Notes: generated from the letters alone by a model not told the origin. A DNA stretch of 56,551 bases from a virus (IMGVR_UViG_3300021138_001866:1-56551), one strand, 5' to 3'. Shown: positions 31,104 to 42,277, counted from the first letter of the stretch. A program made the numbers and translations.

Positions 31104-32069
31104 ATGAACTTACTCATAACCGGTGGAGCCGGGTATATTGGCTCCAAACTTGTTCCATATCTGGCACAACAAGGACACACAATCACAGTAGTAGATAAAT
31201 TTGATTTTGGCTGTAACCTAGATTCTATGCCCGGTGTCACTGTTAGACAATTAGACGTATTTGACAGTACCGCAGACGACTATCGTGGCTTTGACACAGT
31301 CATACACCTAGGCGGATTAAGCAACGATCCAATGGCCAATTTTAAACCCAGTGATAATTTTGTCCAAAATCTAGCCGGAACTACACTGGTAGCATATCAT
31401 GCCAAACAGGCCGGAGTGCCTAGATTTATATTTGCCAGCAGTTGTAGCGTATATGGTAAAAACGACAATTTGCTGTTAGACGAATCTATGGTTCCAGCAG
31501 TAGATTATCCCTATGGGCTTAGTAAAATACAAAGCGAGCACGGATTTAACTATCTCAGTGACGATAACTTTGAAATCATTTCCCTGCGTCAGGCCACTGT
31601 CTATGGTTGGGCACCACGTATGCGAACCGATTTGGTTGTGAACACCATGACCAAAACTGCTATACTAGACGGTACCATTTATATCAATGATCCTAGAGTA
31701 AGCCGTCCATTAATACACGTTAACGATCTGGTACAGGTATATGGACACGTACTTAATCTGCCCAAATGGCCAAAGATACTCAATGTCAGCACCGGCAACT
31801 ATAGTCTAATTGAAATTGCCAAATCAGTACAGCGTGCCTTAGCTGGATCATTGCCCAATTTAGAAGTAATCAGTCGAGACCTAACTGACCCTAGAAGTTA
31901 TCGTGTTAACAATCAACTGATGGTTGACTTAGTGGGGTCTTGGTCTTATACTACTATAGAACAATCAGTGGCAGAATTAATCTCAAAAATACCAGTCACT
32001 GATCTAGATACCTGGGCCAATCCCGAATATACTAACTTACACATGTACAAACAACGTATAGGACAATAA
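31104..32069 (+). CDS. NAD-dependent epimerase/dehydratase
   Basis: GGAGYIG, ASSCSVYG, YGLSK. Confidence 0.9.
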   Translation: MNLLITGGAGYIGSKLVPYLAQQGHTITVVDKFDFGCNLDSMPGVTVRQLDVFDSTADDYRGFDTVIHLGGLSNDPMANFKPSDNFVQNLAGTTLVAYHAKQAGVPRFIFASSCSVYGKNDNLLLDESMVPAVDYPYGLSKIQSEHGFNYLSDDNFEIISLRQATVYGWAPRMRTDLVVNTMTKTAILDGTIYINDPRVSRPLIHVNDLVQVYGHVLNLPKWPKILNVSTGNYSLIEIAKSVQRALAGSLPNLEVISRDLTDPRSYRVNNQLMVDLVGSWSYTTIEQSVAELISKIPVTDLDTWANPEYTNLHMYKQRIGQ

Positions 32070-33388
32070 TGGAAGAAATACTACGCTTAGTCAAAGAATA
32101 CATTGACAATAAACAATCCACCAAAACCTGGACAGCCGGCCAAGATTTGGTACACTACGCTGGCGCACACTTTGACAGCACAGAATATGTGGCCGCTGTA
32201 GAAAGCCTGCTCAAAGGTTGGCTAGTTATGGGCGACAATGGTATGCGATTTGAGCGTGCCTTTCCGGCACAGTTTGGTAAAACTGGCGGAGTATTAACTA
32301 ATTCTGGTTCAAGCAGTAACTTATTAATGATGGCTGCTATGACCAGCAAGCGTGGATATAATTTCCCTAAAGGCACCAAGGTTCTAATGCCTATTGCAGG
32401 CTTTCCAACCACAGTTAATCCCACAATTCAAATGGGTTTTCAGCCGGTATTTGTTGACATTGAGTTAGACACACTTAATTTAGACCTAGATCAAGTTGAA
32501 CAGGTATTGGCCAATGATCCAGATATCAAGATTATTACGTTTGCTCACGTGTTAGGTAACTGTCCCAACATGGACCGGCTAATGGCTTTGATTAAAAAAT
32601 ACAATTTGGTGTTCTTAGAAGACTGCTGTGACGCACTAGGATCTACCTATGATGGTCGTCCATTGGGCAGTTTTGGGCTAATGGCATCCTGCAGTTTTTA
32701 TCCAGCTCACCATATGACTATGGGTGAAGGTGGCTTTGTTGCTACCAGTGATCCACAACAAGAAATTATCCTGCGCAGTTTCCGTGAATGGGGACGTGGT
32801 TGTTATTGCGTAGGGCCAGAAGCCAATAAACTTAAATGTGGTACCTGTAACCAACGCTTTAACGATTGGATTCCTACACTACCTGGTGAAATATTTGATC
32901 ATAAATTTGTCTATGACGAAATTGGCTTTAATTTAAAACCAATTGAAGTTCAATGTGCCATGGGTATGCAACAACTTAAAAAGTTACCCGAGATACACAA
33001 TCTGCGTAAGCGTAACTATCAACTGTTGTTTGATATCTACAGTAAGTATGAAGAGTTTTTCCACTTGCCCAGAGCACAGGACAAAGCAGATCCAAGTTGG
33101 TTTGCGTTCCCACTGACTATAAGAAAAGGTGCTCCATTTACTCGTAATGAAATTGTAGATTACCTAGAAGAAAATCTAATTCAAACTCGTCCATATTTTG
33201 CCGGCAACATTATGCTACAGCCAGCCTACAGCCATTTGATGGATCCACAGTTGGCCAAAGATAACTTTCCAGTGGCCACACACGTTATGCTTAACAGTTA
33301 CTTCCACGGAACCAGTGCTGTTATTACGCCTGAACAGATTGCCTGGATTGGTCGTCAGGTTGATGGTTTTATGAGTTTATACATTTAA
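32069..33388 (+). CDS. rfbH: NDP-4-keto-6-deoxyhexose 3-dehydrase (DdhC/RfbH, E1)
   Basis: NSGSSSNL, EDCCDALG, SFYPAHH (His in place of the PLP Lys) and WGRGCYC...C..C Fe-S ligands. Confidence 0.88.
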   Translation: MEEILRLVKEYIDNKQSTKTWTAGQDLVHYAGAHFDSTEYVAAVESLLKGWLVMGDNGMRFERAFPAQFGKTGGVLTNSGSSSNLLMMAAMTSKRGYNFPKGTKVLMPIAGFPTTVNPTIQMGFQPVFVDIELDTLNLDLDQVEQVLANDPDIKIITFAHVLGNCPNMDRLMALIKKYNLVFLEDCCDALGSTYDGRPLGSFGLMASCSFYPAHHMTMGEGGFVATSDPQQEIILRSFREWGRGCYCVGPEANKLKCGTCNQRFNDWIPTLPGEIFDHKFVYDEIGFNLKPIEVQCAMGMQQLKKLPEIHNLRKRNYQLLFDIYSKYEEFFHLPRAQDKADPSWFAFPLTIRKGAPFTRNEIVDYLEENLIQTRPYFAGNIMLQPAYSHLMDPQLAKDNFPVATHVMLNSYFHGTSAVITPEQIAWIGRQVDGFMSLYI

Positions 33389-33400
33389 AAAGGATATATT

Positions 33401-34285
33401 ATGGCAGTATTTGATTGCACTATGTTTTTTAACGAAAACGATTTATTTGAAATACGTTTGAATCAACATTGGGATTTTGTCGATCGGTTTATTGTGGTCG
33501 AAGCCGGAGAAACACATACCGGACTTAAAAAACCTTTTAATTTTGATCACGAGCGTTTTCGCCCCTGGGCCAGTAAAATTGAATATCGCACCTTTGATAG
33601 TTTTGAAGAAACCATGCGGGCTCATCCTGAACTAACTGACAGCAACAGTTTTGCCGACAGAGGCAGTAATAAAAATAGCATGGACTGGGCCCGTGATGGA
33701 TTCCAAGGCAACTATGCTTATAAAGTTCTTGCTGAATTAGGCGCCGAGGACGAGGACATTATACTGGCCAGTTGCTGTGATGAAACAATCAAACAGTCTG
33801 CATTTGATGTCTGTTGTGATAAAATTAAGCATAATCCCGAACTGGATCCTATTTTTATGTTCAGACTCCGACTGTATGCATATAAATTTAATGCTCTTTG
33901 GAAACCGTGGCAACAGGCCGACACCACTGGACTGTTACTGAGTTATAAAACTGCTAAAAAGAGATTGATAGCCACTGTTAGAGAACACAGAGCCTGTACT
34001 GATATTATAGACAATGCTGGCTGGCATTTTTGTTCTATGGACAACGGTGACGGAGATATGATATTACAAAAGTTCCGTGCCTGGGGACACAGTAGAGATA
34101 TTGTTGCTGGACAAAAACAAAAATTTGAAAGTCAGACCAAAGAAGAAGCCATGGCAATTTTCTTGGAAGATGTAAAATTTAATAAGATAGTAGAAATTAA
34201 TTATGAAAATCATCCAGCCTACATAGTGGATCACCAAGAAAAATTTAAAGATTATATTTTACCAGTATTCGATTTAGACCAATAA
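33401..34285 (+). CDS. GT17-family glycosyltransferase-like protein
   Basis: FDCTMFFNE..L..RL, FIVVEA..TH.G..K, GWHF. Confidence 0.75.
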   Translation: MAVFDCTMFFNENDLFEIRLNQHWDFVDRFIVVEAGETHTGLKKPFNFDHERFRPWASKIEYRTFDSFEETMRAHPELTDSNSFADRGSNKNSMDWARDGFQGNYAYKVLAELGAEDEDIILASCCDETIKQSAFDVCCDKIKHNPELDPIFMFRLRLYAYKFNALWKPWQQADTTGLLLSYKTAKKRLIATVREHRACTDIIDNAGWHFCSMDNGDGDMILQKFRAWGHSRDIVAGQKQKFESQTKEEAMAIFLEDVKFNKIVEINYENHPAYIVDHQEKFKDYILPVFDLDQ

Positions 34286-34305
34286 ACTAACCAAAGGAAA
34301 CTATT

Positions 34306-35103
34306 ATGAATCAACAAGAACGTCAAATGCTCGACATCCTCAAAAGGGGTAAACAAGAATTTGGATATGTGGCAGTAAAAGCCGAATTCGAAGCAGAAGG
34401 CACACGTACCGATGAACTGCTCAGGCTATTAGAAATTGCTCGCAGAGCAGATGTAAAAATTGGACTTAAAATTGGCGGATGTGAAGCCATGCGTGACCTA
34501 ATGGAAGTTAAACAATATGGTGTTGACTACATTATTGCTCCAATGGTAGAAACAGGCTATGCGTTATGGAAATTTATTGACGCTAAAAATAAAATCTACA
34601 CAGCCGATGAACAAAAAGATACTAAATTTTTAACCAATATAGAAACTATTACCGGTTATAATAACCTAGAAGACAAAATTGAAAAAGCCAAAAATGGTCT
34701 AGACGGACTGGTATTTGGTCGTGTTGATTTTGTTATGAGCATGGGCATGAACGGTCGTGAAGATATTAACAAAGACGAAGTTACACAATACGTGATTAAT
34801 ACAGCACAGGCCACTAAAGATGCTGGACTTGAACTAGTCATGGGCGGTGGTATTTCTATTGATGCTATTCCGGCTATCCGTGCTGTACAGGCTGTTCATT
34901 TAGATCGTTACGAAACACGCAAGATTATTTTTGATGGTGCTGCAATTAATTTGCCAACAGCTGAAAAAGCTCTGCTGTCAGCAGTTGAATTTGAATTACT
35001 GTGGTTAAAGAATAAACGCGAATACTATGGTAATATCTTTGCTGAAGATAATAAGCGTATTGACATGCTGGAAGCACGTTGGAGAGCAATTATCGGGCAG
35101 TAA
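34306..35103 (+). CDS. HpcH/HpaI aldolase-citrate lyase family protein
   Basis: [29 protein letters not shown]. Confidence 0.75.
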   Translation: MNQQERQMLDILKRGKQEFGYVAVKAEFEAEGTRTDELLRLLEIARRADVKIGLKIGGCEAMRDLMEVKQYGVDYIIAPMVETGYALWKFIDAKNKIYTADEQKDTKFLTNIETITGYNNLEDKIEKAKNGLDGLVFGRVDFVMSMGMNGREDINKDEVTQYVINTAQATKDAGLELVMGGGISIDAIPAIRAVQAVHLDRYETRKIIFDGAAINLPTAEKALLSAVEFELLWLKNKREYYGNIFAEDNKRIDMLEARWRAIIGQ

Positions 35104-36121
35104 TTGGAAGATCTGTTAAGGCACTACGGATTGACTCCCACAGTGCCGGGGAATTTTCAAATCCCTGTTTTTTAATAGTCAAATTAGCGGGCAGAATAAG
35201 ATTAATCTTACTGCCCGTATTCTTTTTGTCTTTGGTCATTGCACCACACACTCGATCAATGTCTATAAAAACATCAACAAACTCTTGATAATTTTCATAT
35301 AAGGTCTGATGAGTCAATTGCCATTGGGATTCTGTGATCAGTCCCTGTAGGTAAGCAAATCTATTTACAGCATCCATGCCAATGGTGATGGCTATGCCAT
35401 GTGGTATAGCAAAATCTGTAGAACTTTCTATGCCGTGCCCGATACAGTGGCCATAATTTAATATTTGACGTATGCCTTGATCAAACTCGTCTTGTTCAAT
35501 ATAGACTTTTTTAATCATTAGTGCTTGATATACATAACTATCTATATTGCTTCTAGTAATCTCACCAGGTGCAGGACATTGTCCACTGATTAATAGCAGT
35601 TTAATAATTTCACCAATGCCAGACTTTACATCAGAATCTGCTAGAGTATCTATAAATCTACTGTTAATTATAACCCGATCAGGTGGTGTAAATGATCCCA
35701 GTAGATTCTTATACCTACCAAAGTTAATACTGCTTTTACTGCCAATGCAACTGTCGGCCTGTGCCAATACTGTGGTAGGAACAAATGTCCAGGCAATACC
35801 ACGCATGAATGTAGTGGCAATAAAGCAGGCAATATCCTGTGTGATACCTCCACCAATGGCAACCAAATGGCTATCGCGTCTAAGATTCTTTGACAGTAAC
35901 TCTGTAATAATTGGTTCGATACCCTGATAACTTTTAGTATCCTCTGTGGCATCTATCAGTACCACATTATCTTGCCAGGGAATATCCAGACCCGCTGTTA
36001 AATTGCTATCAATGATATAGTGTGTGCCCAACTCAGGATTGAACTGATCCTGAAACTGCACGGTATAATCACCGCGATGGCTGCTAACAACAAAATCAAG
36101 CACGTGTAAATCCTCCATCAA
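35090..36121 (-). CDS. 3-dehydroquinate-synthase-like sugar phosphate cyclase
   Basis: [41 protein letters not shown]; a GTG start at 36103 is possible. Confidence 0.85.
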   Translation of the reverse strand: MMEDLHVLDFVVSSHRGDYTVQFQDQFNPELGTHYIIDSNLTAGLDIPWQDNVVLIDATEDTKSYQGIEPIITELLSKNLRRDSHLVAIGGGITQDIACFIATTFMRGIAWTFVPTTVLAQADSCIGSKSSINFGRYKNLLGSFTPPDRVIINSRFIDTLADSDVKSGIGEIIKLLLISGQCPAPGEITRSNIDSYVYQALMIKKVYIEQDEFDQGIRQILNYGHCIGHGIESSTDFAIPHGIAITIGMDAVNRFAYLQGLITESQWQLTHQTLYENYQEFVDVFIDIDRVCGAMTKDKKNTGSKINLILPANLTIKKQGFENSPALWESIRSALTDLPITAR

Positions 36122-36800
36122 TTGATAAGTTTTGTCCAGATATATAGGTATTTTTTTCGCTGGCTAAAAAAGCAACAAACTCGGCAATTTCCGTGGCTTT
36201 AGCCAATCGTTTAGCTGGCACATTTTCTAGCATACGTGCAACACCAGCTTCGCCGAGGTTACGCCAGGTCATTTCGGTGTCAATAAATCCAGGAGCCACA
36301 GCATTAACCAGAATGTTGTGCTGAGTAAATTCATGTGCTAATGCAACTGTTAGTCCATCGATGGCAAACTTACTGGTAGAGTAGCTAGCACGTCCAGTTT
36401 TACTTTTCTTTCCCCAGACACTACTGATATTGACTATACGACCCCAGCCCTGTTCAACCATGTGTGGCAGGACCATTTGACACAGCCTAAAAGGTGCATA
36501 GACATTTACCTGTTGTATTAGGCAAAACTCTTCTGCAGGAATTTCGCAGAAATTACGTACAACATTAATGCCGGCATTATTGACCAAAATATCAATGTCA
36601 GCTGATGCCAGAATATTTTGTACAGAGTCTATTTGATCTTGTTTGCTAAAATCACAATCTAGATACTGGTCCAAATATTCTGGGGTCGCTACGGGCTGTG
36701 TGCCCATGCCCATGACCCAGGCTCCGCCTTGTTTAAACTCTTGTGCTATGGCTTGTCCAATACCACGAGTAGCACCGGTAACTAAAACTCTTTTCATCAT
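36096..36800 (-). CDS. Short-chain dehydrogenase/reductase (FabG-like)
   Basis: TGATRGIG, NNAG, YSTSK, PGFIDT. Confidence 0.9.
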   Translation of the reverse strand: MMKRVLVTGATRGIGQAIAQEFKQGGAWVMGMGTQPVATPEYLDQYLDCDFSKQDQIDSVQNILASADIDILVNNAGINVVRNFCEIPAEEFCLIQQVNVYAPFRLCQMVLPHMVEQGWGRIVNISSVWGKKSKTGRASYSTSKFAIDGLTVALAHEFTQHNILVNAVAPGFIDTEMTWRNLGEAGVARMLENVPAKRLAKATEIAEFVAFLASEKNTYISGQNLSIDGGFTRA

Positions 36801-36900
36801 TGACCTTTTTGAATATTTAACGTCATTATAATAGCACATAAATATTTACAAATCAAATTTAATACCTTATAATAAGGTATATTTCTAATAGAGGATAACA

Positions 36901-38673
36901 TTGAAAGTAAATGACTATATTGCCCAAAGGCTAAACCAAGCCGGTGTTACCAAAGTGTATGGATTAGTCGGTGGTAGTACCGCAGGATTAAATGACGGGT
37001 TTATTAAAAATCCCAATATTGATTTTATTGCTTTTCATCACGAACAAGGTGCTGGACATGCTGCAGTAGGTTCAGCAAGAACAAATAATCGACTAAGTGT
37101 CTGTAATGTCACAGCCGGATGTGGTGTAACCAATGCTATGACCAGTTTGTTAAATGCCTACGAAGAAAGTGCGCCAGTGTTATTTCTCAGTGGTAATACA
37201 GCCATGAGCAATCAGGCCAAGTACATTAATCGTAACAAAGGCATACAGATTAGAAAATACGGTATCCAGGACCTAGATGCTCTACAGACTGTCAAGCACA
37301 TTTGCAAATATGCTGTGGCCATTGAGCGAGCCGAAGATGTTCCTTACGCATTAGACTGTGCTATATATCTGGCTGAATCTGGTCGCCCGGGTCCAGTCTG
37401 GATTGACGTTCCTGGTAACCTGCAGTCTGCAGAAATACCCGAAGGATACCCAATATACCAGCCCACTGACAGCAATACTACAGATTCTGCAGAAGGATTT
37501 CCTGGTGCATTAGAAATAATTCAAAATTCACTGCGTCCGGTAATTGTTGCCGGTAATGGTATTAATCTTGGCAACGCTAGAAGTCAATTTAGAAAGTTTG
37601 TTGATAGGTATCAAATTCCGTTTGTGACAACATTCTTATCGCGAGATCTAATAGCATACGAGCATCCACAAAACCTGGGCATGATTGGAGTTAAAGGTGC
37701 CCGTGCTGCAAATTTTGCCATGCAGAACGCAGACTGTTTAATCATACTTGGCTGTTCCATGAATGTAACACATATTGGGTACGATACTAAAACATTCAGT
37801 CCAGCAAGTAAAAAAATAATGGTAGATATTGATGCTAATGAACTTGGTAAGGACGTATTCAAAGTTGATCTACCAATTAACGGTGATGTTAAAGATTTCT
37901 TTGACACTGTCGATTTAGGTTCTGAATACCAGGTTAGTTCTTGGGCCGCTAAGTGCCAACATTGGAAAACTATGTGGCCCATATATGATCCTGAGGTACA
38001 TAGATCTGACGAAGGCGGATTGAACCTGTATGAAATTGTGGAAAGTATTAATCGCAATATGCAACCAAATGACTGCTTTGTTGTAGATGCAGGCCAGCCC
38101 TGTTACGTTCTTTCCAGCAATGGCAAGTATAAAGAAAATTGTCGTTATATGGCACAGGCCGCACAGGGTGATATGGGCTATGCTGTTCCAGCATCCGTAG
38201 GCGTTCATTTTGCCGATCCCGAATTAAATATCACATTAGTCATCGGCGAAGGTAGTTTTTATACTAACTTACAAGAACTAGCAGTAATCAGACAACACAA
38301 TATTCCTGTAAAGATCTTTGTGATCAATAACGATGGCTATATGAGTATTAAACAAACTCAAGACAAGTTTTTTGGCGGACGACGTTGGGGCGTCAGCAAT
38401 TCAACCGGAGTTTATTTTGCCGACATTGGTAAAATTGCAACAGCATTTGAAATACCTTATGTTAAGATCTCCAATAACCAAGAGCTCGATCAACAGATGA
38501 GTAGTCTGCTACGTGCTACTACTCCAATTATTGTTGAGTTTATAAGTCAAAATACTCTTGATGTATTACCTGCACAGGCATTTAAACCAGATGGTCTGCA
38601 GGGCGGTCTACATGATATGTCTCCGTTTTTACCACAGGCAGTACTTGACCAAGAAATGATTGTTCAAATATGA
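36901..38673 (+). CDS. Thiamine-diphosphate-dependent enzyme (acetolactate synthase/YerE-like)
   Basis: HHEQGA, GRPGPVWIDVP, GEGSF...NNDGY; TTTACA-17nt-TATAAT upstream. Confidence 0.9.
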   Translation: MKVNDYIAQRLNQAGVTKVYGLVGGSTAGLNDGFIKNPNIDFIAFHHEQGAGHAAVGSARTNNRLSVCNVTAGCGVTNAMTSLLNAYEESAPVLFLSGNTAMSNQAKYINRNKGIQIRKYGIQDLDALQTVKHICKYAVAIERAEDVPYALDCAIYLAESGRPGPVWIDVPGNLQSAEIPEGYPIYQPTDSNTTDSAEGFPGALEIIQNSLRPVIVAGNGINLGNARSQFRKFVDRYQIPFVTTFLSRDLIAYEHPQNLGMIGVKGARAANFAMQNADCLIILGCSMNVTHIGYDTKTFSPASKKIMVDIDANELGKDVFKVDLPINGDVKDFFDTVDLGSEYQVSSWAAKCQHWKTMWPIYDPEVHRSDEGGLNLYEIVESINRNMQPNDCFVVDAGQPCYVLSSNGKYKENCRYMAQAAQGDMGYAVPASVGVHFADPELNITLVIGEGSFYTNLQELAVIRQHNIPVKIFVINNDGYMSIKQTQDKFFGGRRWGVSNSTGVYFADIGKIATAFEIPYVKISNNQELDQQMSSLLRATTPIIVEFISQNTLDVLPAQAFKPDGLQGGLHDMSPFLPQAVLDQEMIVQI

Positions 38674-39470
38674 AAATAGCTGTTTTAGGTGCTCGTGGTT
38701 TTGTTGGATCCAGTCTGGTTAATAGCCTTAGTCGGGATCATGTAGTTTATCCATTGACCAGAGATGTTGTAGATCTACTAGATCCTGCGTCAGTTCGCAG
38801 TTGGCTACTGGATCGACATCCAGACGTGATTGTTAATGCTGCTGCTATAATGAAAGACCGAGACGGTCTAGGTGATACCAGAAACAATCTTGGCCTGTTT
38901 ATGAATTTTTATAATAATCGTGCTTTGTTTGGCAAATTTATTAATCTAGGCTCGGGTGCTGAGTTTGATACTGCCGCTGATATCGATCAGGTCACTGAAA
39001 GTCAAATCTTTGATCGATTGCCTGCAGACAGTTACGGTTTTGGTCAAAATATAAAAAGTCGTATCTGTGCTGACACTGATAATTTTTATACCGTTAGGAT
39101 TTTTAATTGTTTTGGCTTTGGAGAAATTACAACTCGCATATTTCCAAGATTTTTAAACCGTAGTGCTACACTGGCTGTAACTAATAATAGATACTTTGAT
39201 TACTTTAGCATACAGGATTTATGTTTGGTAATTGACCACTGTGTGGCTAATTCATGGACTGTTAAAGATGTCAATGCTGTTTATGAAACAAAATATTTAA
39301 TCAGTGAAGTATTAGCAAAATTCTGCACACTAAACAATTTAGAAAAAGATTTTGAAATTGTATCCGCCAGTGCCAACAACTATACCGGCAGTGGCGCTAA
39401 TCTAAACAGTCTTGGCATCAAACTCAAAGGTCTGGATCACGGACTCTCTAACTATCAAATAACATTATGA
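38670..39470 (+). CDS. NAD-dependent sugar reductase/epimerase
   Basis: GARGFVG, GSGAEF, YG; coupled to the ThDP enzyme. Confidence 0.75.
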   Translation: MKIAVLGARGFVGSSLVNSLSRDHVVYPLTRDVVDLLDPASVRSWLLDRHPDVIVNAAAIMKDRDGLGDTRNNLGLFMNFYNNRALFGKFINLGSGAEFDTAADIDQVTESQIFDRLPADSYGFGQNIKSRICADTDNFYTVRIFNCFGFGEITTRIFPRFLNRSATLAVTNNRYFDYFSIQDLCLVIDHCVANSWTVKDVNAVYETKYLISEVLAKFCTLNNLEKDFEIVSASANNYTGSGANLNSLGIKLKGLDHGLSNYQITL

Positions 39471-40264
39471 AAATTACTATATCTGCACCAACAGTATTAA
39501 ATCAATTTGAATTTGCTCCTGATCGTCTTGATGTATTCCAAAGTAGCGTAGGCAATTATACTTTTGCCAGGACAGTCACAACATTTGATTGGCCAAACTC
39601 GCAGGTTTGTGTTGGCGACACCATACTAGGCCCTGGAGAAGATCCAAGAGCATTTGACTTATTTGGAACACCGGCCTGTTACTCGGTTCGCTTCAATGAA
39701 TGGGAACGATTTGTTCCTCAGCTGTTTATACAAAACGACGAAGACTGGATCTGTTTAAAACTTCAGTTAGCCGATGCTATCCCAGCAGGAAAGAATTGGG
39801 GACCATTTACCTATAACGGTGAAGTATATTTTGTGCATGAAATCAGTCCGTTTAGGGTATTAAACCTCACCGGAGACACAGTTTCTACAGCATTTACCGT
39901 TGATTTAACCACCGATATGATGCCTATTGATAACTACCCTTCACTGCGCGGTGGCTGTAACGGTTTAGACATTGGTGGAGGCCTGGTACTGGGCTTTGGA
40001 CATGATAACTATGCCAGCGATGCCAGAGATATCAACACCATACAACACCGACCTTATGGTTGGTGCATTGACATGAATAACCCGTCGGCCACTAAAATAA
40101 TCAATTTGGACTTTGAGTGGGATAATAAATATAAAATAATTGACCCAACAGCGTTTATCAAACAAGACGGAGAGTATTACTTAATGACTTGTGAAACTGA
40201 ATGGCAGTGGAAACAGTTAAATCAAACAGGGCGTAATTGCTTATACCCTATCAATATCAATTAA
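39467..40264 (+). CDS. Glycosidase-like beta-propeller protein
   Basis: GEDPR, KNWGPF, LRGG motifs. Confidence 0.45.
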   Translation: MKITISAPTVLNQFEFAPDRLDVFQSSVGNYTFARTVTTFDWPNSQVCVGDTILGPGEDPRAFDLFGTPACYSVRFNEWERFVPQLFIQNDEDWICLKLQLADAIPAGKNWGPFTYNGEVYFVHEISPFRVLNLTGDTVSTAFTVDLTTDMMPIDNYPSLRGGCNGLDIGGGLVLGFGHDNYASDARDINTIQHRPYGWCIDMNNPSATKIINLDFEWDNKYKIIDPTAFIKQDGEYYLMTCETEWQWKQLNQTGRNCLYPININ

Positions 40265-40273
40265 GAGGAATAT

Positions 40274-41305
40274 ATGTTTTTTAAAAATAAAAGAGTTTTG
40301 GTTACAGGCGGTTGCTGTTTTATTGGCAGTTTTTTAGTTGAAAGTCTGCTGGCAGATGGTGCAGAAGTCACAGTGGTAGATGACCTTAGCAGTGGTAAAA
40401 TTGAAAATATCAGCGGTGTTCGAAATCAAATCGATTTTGTATTAGGTGACCTGCGTGATGCTGCAGTTGCTCGAGAAGTTACTCAAAATAAAGACATTGT
40501 ATTCCACCTGGCCAATATACACGGAGGACGTGGATTTATTGAAACACACCCAGGAGAAATTAGTCAAAACTTCCTAATCGATGGTAATGTATTTTATTAC
40601 AGTCACTTGAACAAGGTTGATCGTATAGTATATACTTCAAGTGCCTGTGCTTATCCAACTAACTTACAGGAAGATGGACCGGACCAACAACGCTACCTAA
40701 GCGAAGAAATGGCAGATCCATTTACCAAAGGTGCTGCACTCAGTGATGGCGAATACGGTTGGGCCAAGTTCATGGGCGAAATGGCTCTTAAAGGATATCA
40801 CAAACAGTTTGGCACTAAAGGTGTAAGTTGCCGACTATTTACTGTATATGGTCCGCGTGAAAACGAAAGCCACGCTATTATTGCATTTATTGCCAAAGCC
40901 ATGATCGAACAAAATCCATATGAAGTCTGGGGTAGCGGACAACAAGATCGTAACTTTACCTATGTAAGCGATATTGTTACAGGACTAAAACTATCCTGCG
41001 AAAAGATCACTGACTGTCGCAGTATTAATATTGGTACCAGCGAAATTACTAAAATTGCCGACGCTGTACAAACAGTGTGCGACATTATGGGCTACAGCCC
41101 CAGCGAAGGATTCTTCTTTGATCGTAGCAAACCAGAAGGCGTACACGCTCGTGCGGCTGATACTCGTAATCAAGAATTGTGGTTAGGGTGGAAGCCTGAA
41201 GTGACGTTTAAAGAAGGCATTGCAAAAACCATTGAATGGTATCAGGCCAATCGCAATGCCACTGATCTTAAGAAAGACTTTGAGCGTAAACTATTCGAAC
41301 GTTAA
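40274..41305 (+). CDS. NAD-dependent epimerase (GDP-mannose 3,5-epimerase-like)
   Basis: TGGCCFIG, HGGRGFI, SSACAYP, YGWAK, VWGSGQQDR. Confidence 0.85.
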   Translation: MFFKNKRVLVTGGCCFIGSFLVESLLADGAEVTVVDDLSSGKIENISGVRNQIDFVLGDLRDAAVAREVTQNKDIVFHLANIHGGRGFIETHPGEISQNFLIDGNVFYYSHLNKVDRIVYTSSACAYPTNLQEDGPDQQRYLSEEMADPFTKGAALSDGEYGWAKFMGEMALKGYHKQFGTKGVSCRLFTVYGPRENESHAIIAFIAKAMIEQNPYEVWGSGQQDRNFTYVSDIVTGLKLSCEKITDCRSINIGTSEITKIADAVQTVCDIMGYSPSEGFFFDRSKPEGVHARAADTRNQELWLGWKPEVTFKEGIAKTIEWYQANRNATDLKKDFERKLFER

Positions 41306-41466
41306 TCGTTTGATTCGTCTCGGGCAACACGTTCGCCAAGGTATTGTTTAACCACACGAACTAGTTTACGTTCAGTATCATAAACAAATTCTTTTGAATC
41401 TTCTTCGGTATTTACTACCAAAATAAAACCATTTGCTGCTCTGCGGATTTCTAAACTTTCAAACAT
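41302..41466 (-). CDS. Small hypothetical protein
   Basis: MFESLEIRRAANGFIL after AGGA; TTGACC-17nt-TATACT upstream. Confidence 0.6.
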   Translation of the reverse strand: MFESLEIRRAANGFILVVNTEEDSKEFVYDTERKLVRVVKQYLGERVARDESND

Positions 41467-41526
41467 GATATTTCCTATAAGTGTTGAACTGTACACAGTA
41501 TAACATAGACCGAATTACAGGTCAAT

Positions 41527-41550
41527 AAAAAACCCGCCTAAGCGGGTTTT
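41527..41550. terminator. Rho-independent terminator, bidirectional-looking
   Basis: AAAACCCGC/GCGGGTTTT stem. Confidence 0.8.
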
Positions 41551-41566
41551 ATTTGTTCTAATTAGA

Positions 41567-42277
41567 TTAGAATGATTTGCTGGCAGATACTACCAATGCG
41601 TTTTTGGTTAGGTCTAAACCGTTGATAGTATTACCACTAACAACACCAGAACCCAATGAACTATTTGTGTAATACTTGGCACTAATTGCCCAACCAGATA
41701 AATCGTATGTTGCACCAACATTATAATCATTATAATTTAATGTTGAGTTATTGGCAACACTGGTCATACCAGCATGAGCATTTAGTGTTATCTTAGCGGC
41801 AACTGGGAAGGCTACATCTGCTTGATAGTAACGTGATCCTGTGCTGTTTGCTGCACCAAAATAATCACTCACTGATTGACTTGCTTTAAGTGCAACTGGG
41901 CCACGTGAGGCACCAATGTAAACTTCGTTGGTGTCGAACCGAGCACCATTGGCGGCAGAGGCACGTGGATAGAGATAGTTGTAAGAACCAACGTCAAATG
42001 TAATTCCACCAAACTCTTTTTTGTATCCAGCATAGAAATCGCTTTCTAATCCTGCGCCGTTAGTGTACATCTGACTGCTAACTGAACTATTCCAGTTACC
42101 AATATAGAGTCCGCTTTTATCGGCAAAATCAATTCCACCTTGTACTGCTGGTGCCAATTGAGTTTGACTGATACCACGGAAGCGATAGTCGCTAGTTACG
42201 CCCAAGTTTGTTGAAACCTGCGCTTGTGCTACAGTTATACCTGCTACGATTAGTAATGCGGTTAATAATTTTTTCAT
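41567..42277 (-). CDS. Outer-membrane beta-barrel, TIGR02001/TorF-like putative porin
   Basis: Signal peptide, SDYRFRGISQT, PAVQGG.D, G.Y.GNW.S, terminal Phe. Confidence 0.85.
   Translation of the reverse strand: MKKLLTALLIVAGITVAQAQVSTNLGVTSDYRFRGISQTQLAPAVQGGIDFADKSGLYIGNWNSSVSSQMYTNGAGLESDFYAGYKKEFGGITFDVGSYNYLYPRASAANGARFDTNEVYIGASRGPVALKASQSVSDYFGAANSTGSRYYQADVAFPVAAKITLNAHAGMTSVANNSTLNYNDYNVGATYDLSGWAISAKYYTNSSLGSGVVSGNTINGLDLTKNALVVSASKSF

Noticed and set aside
35090-38673. aroB and ilvB as amino-acid biosynthesis genes
   Set aside because: They sit among NDP-sugar genes with no pathway partners, so gene symbols were withheld.
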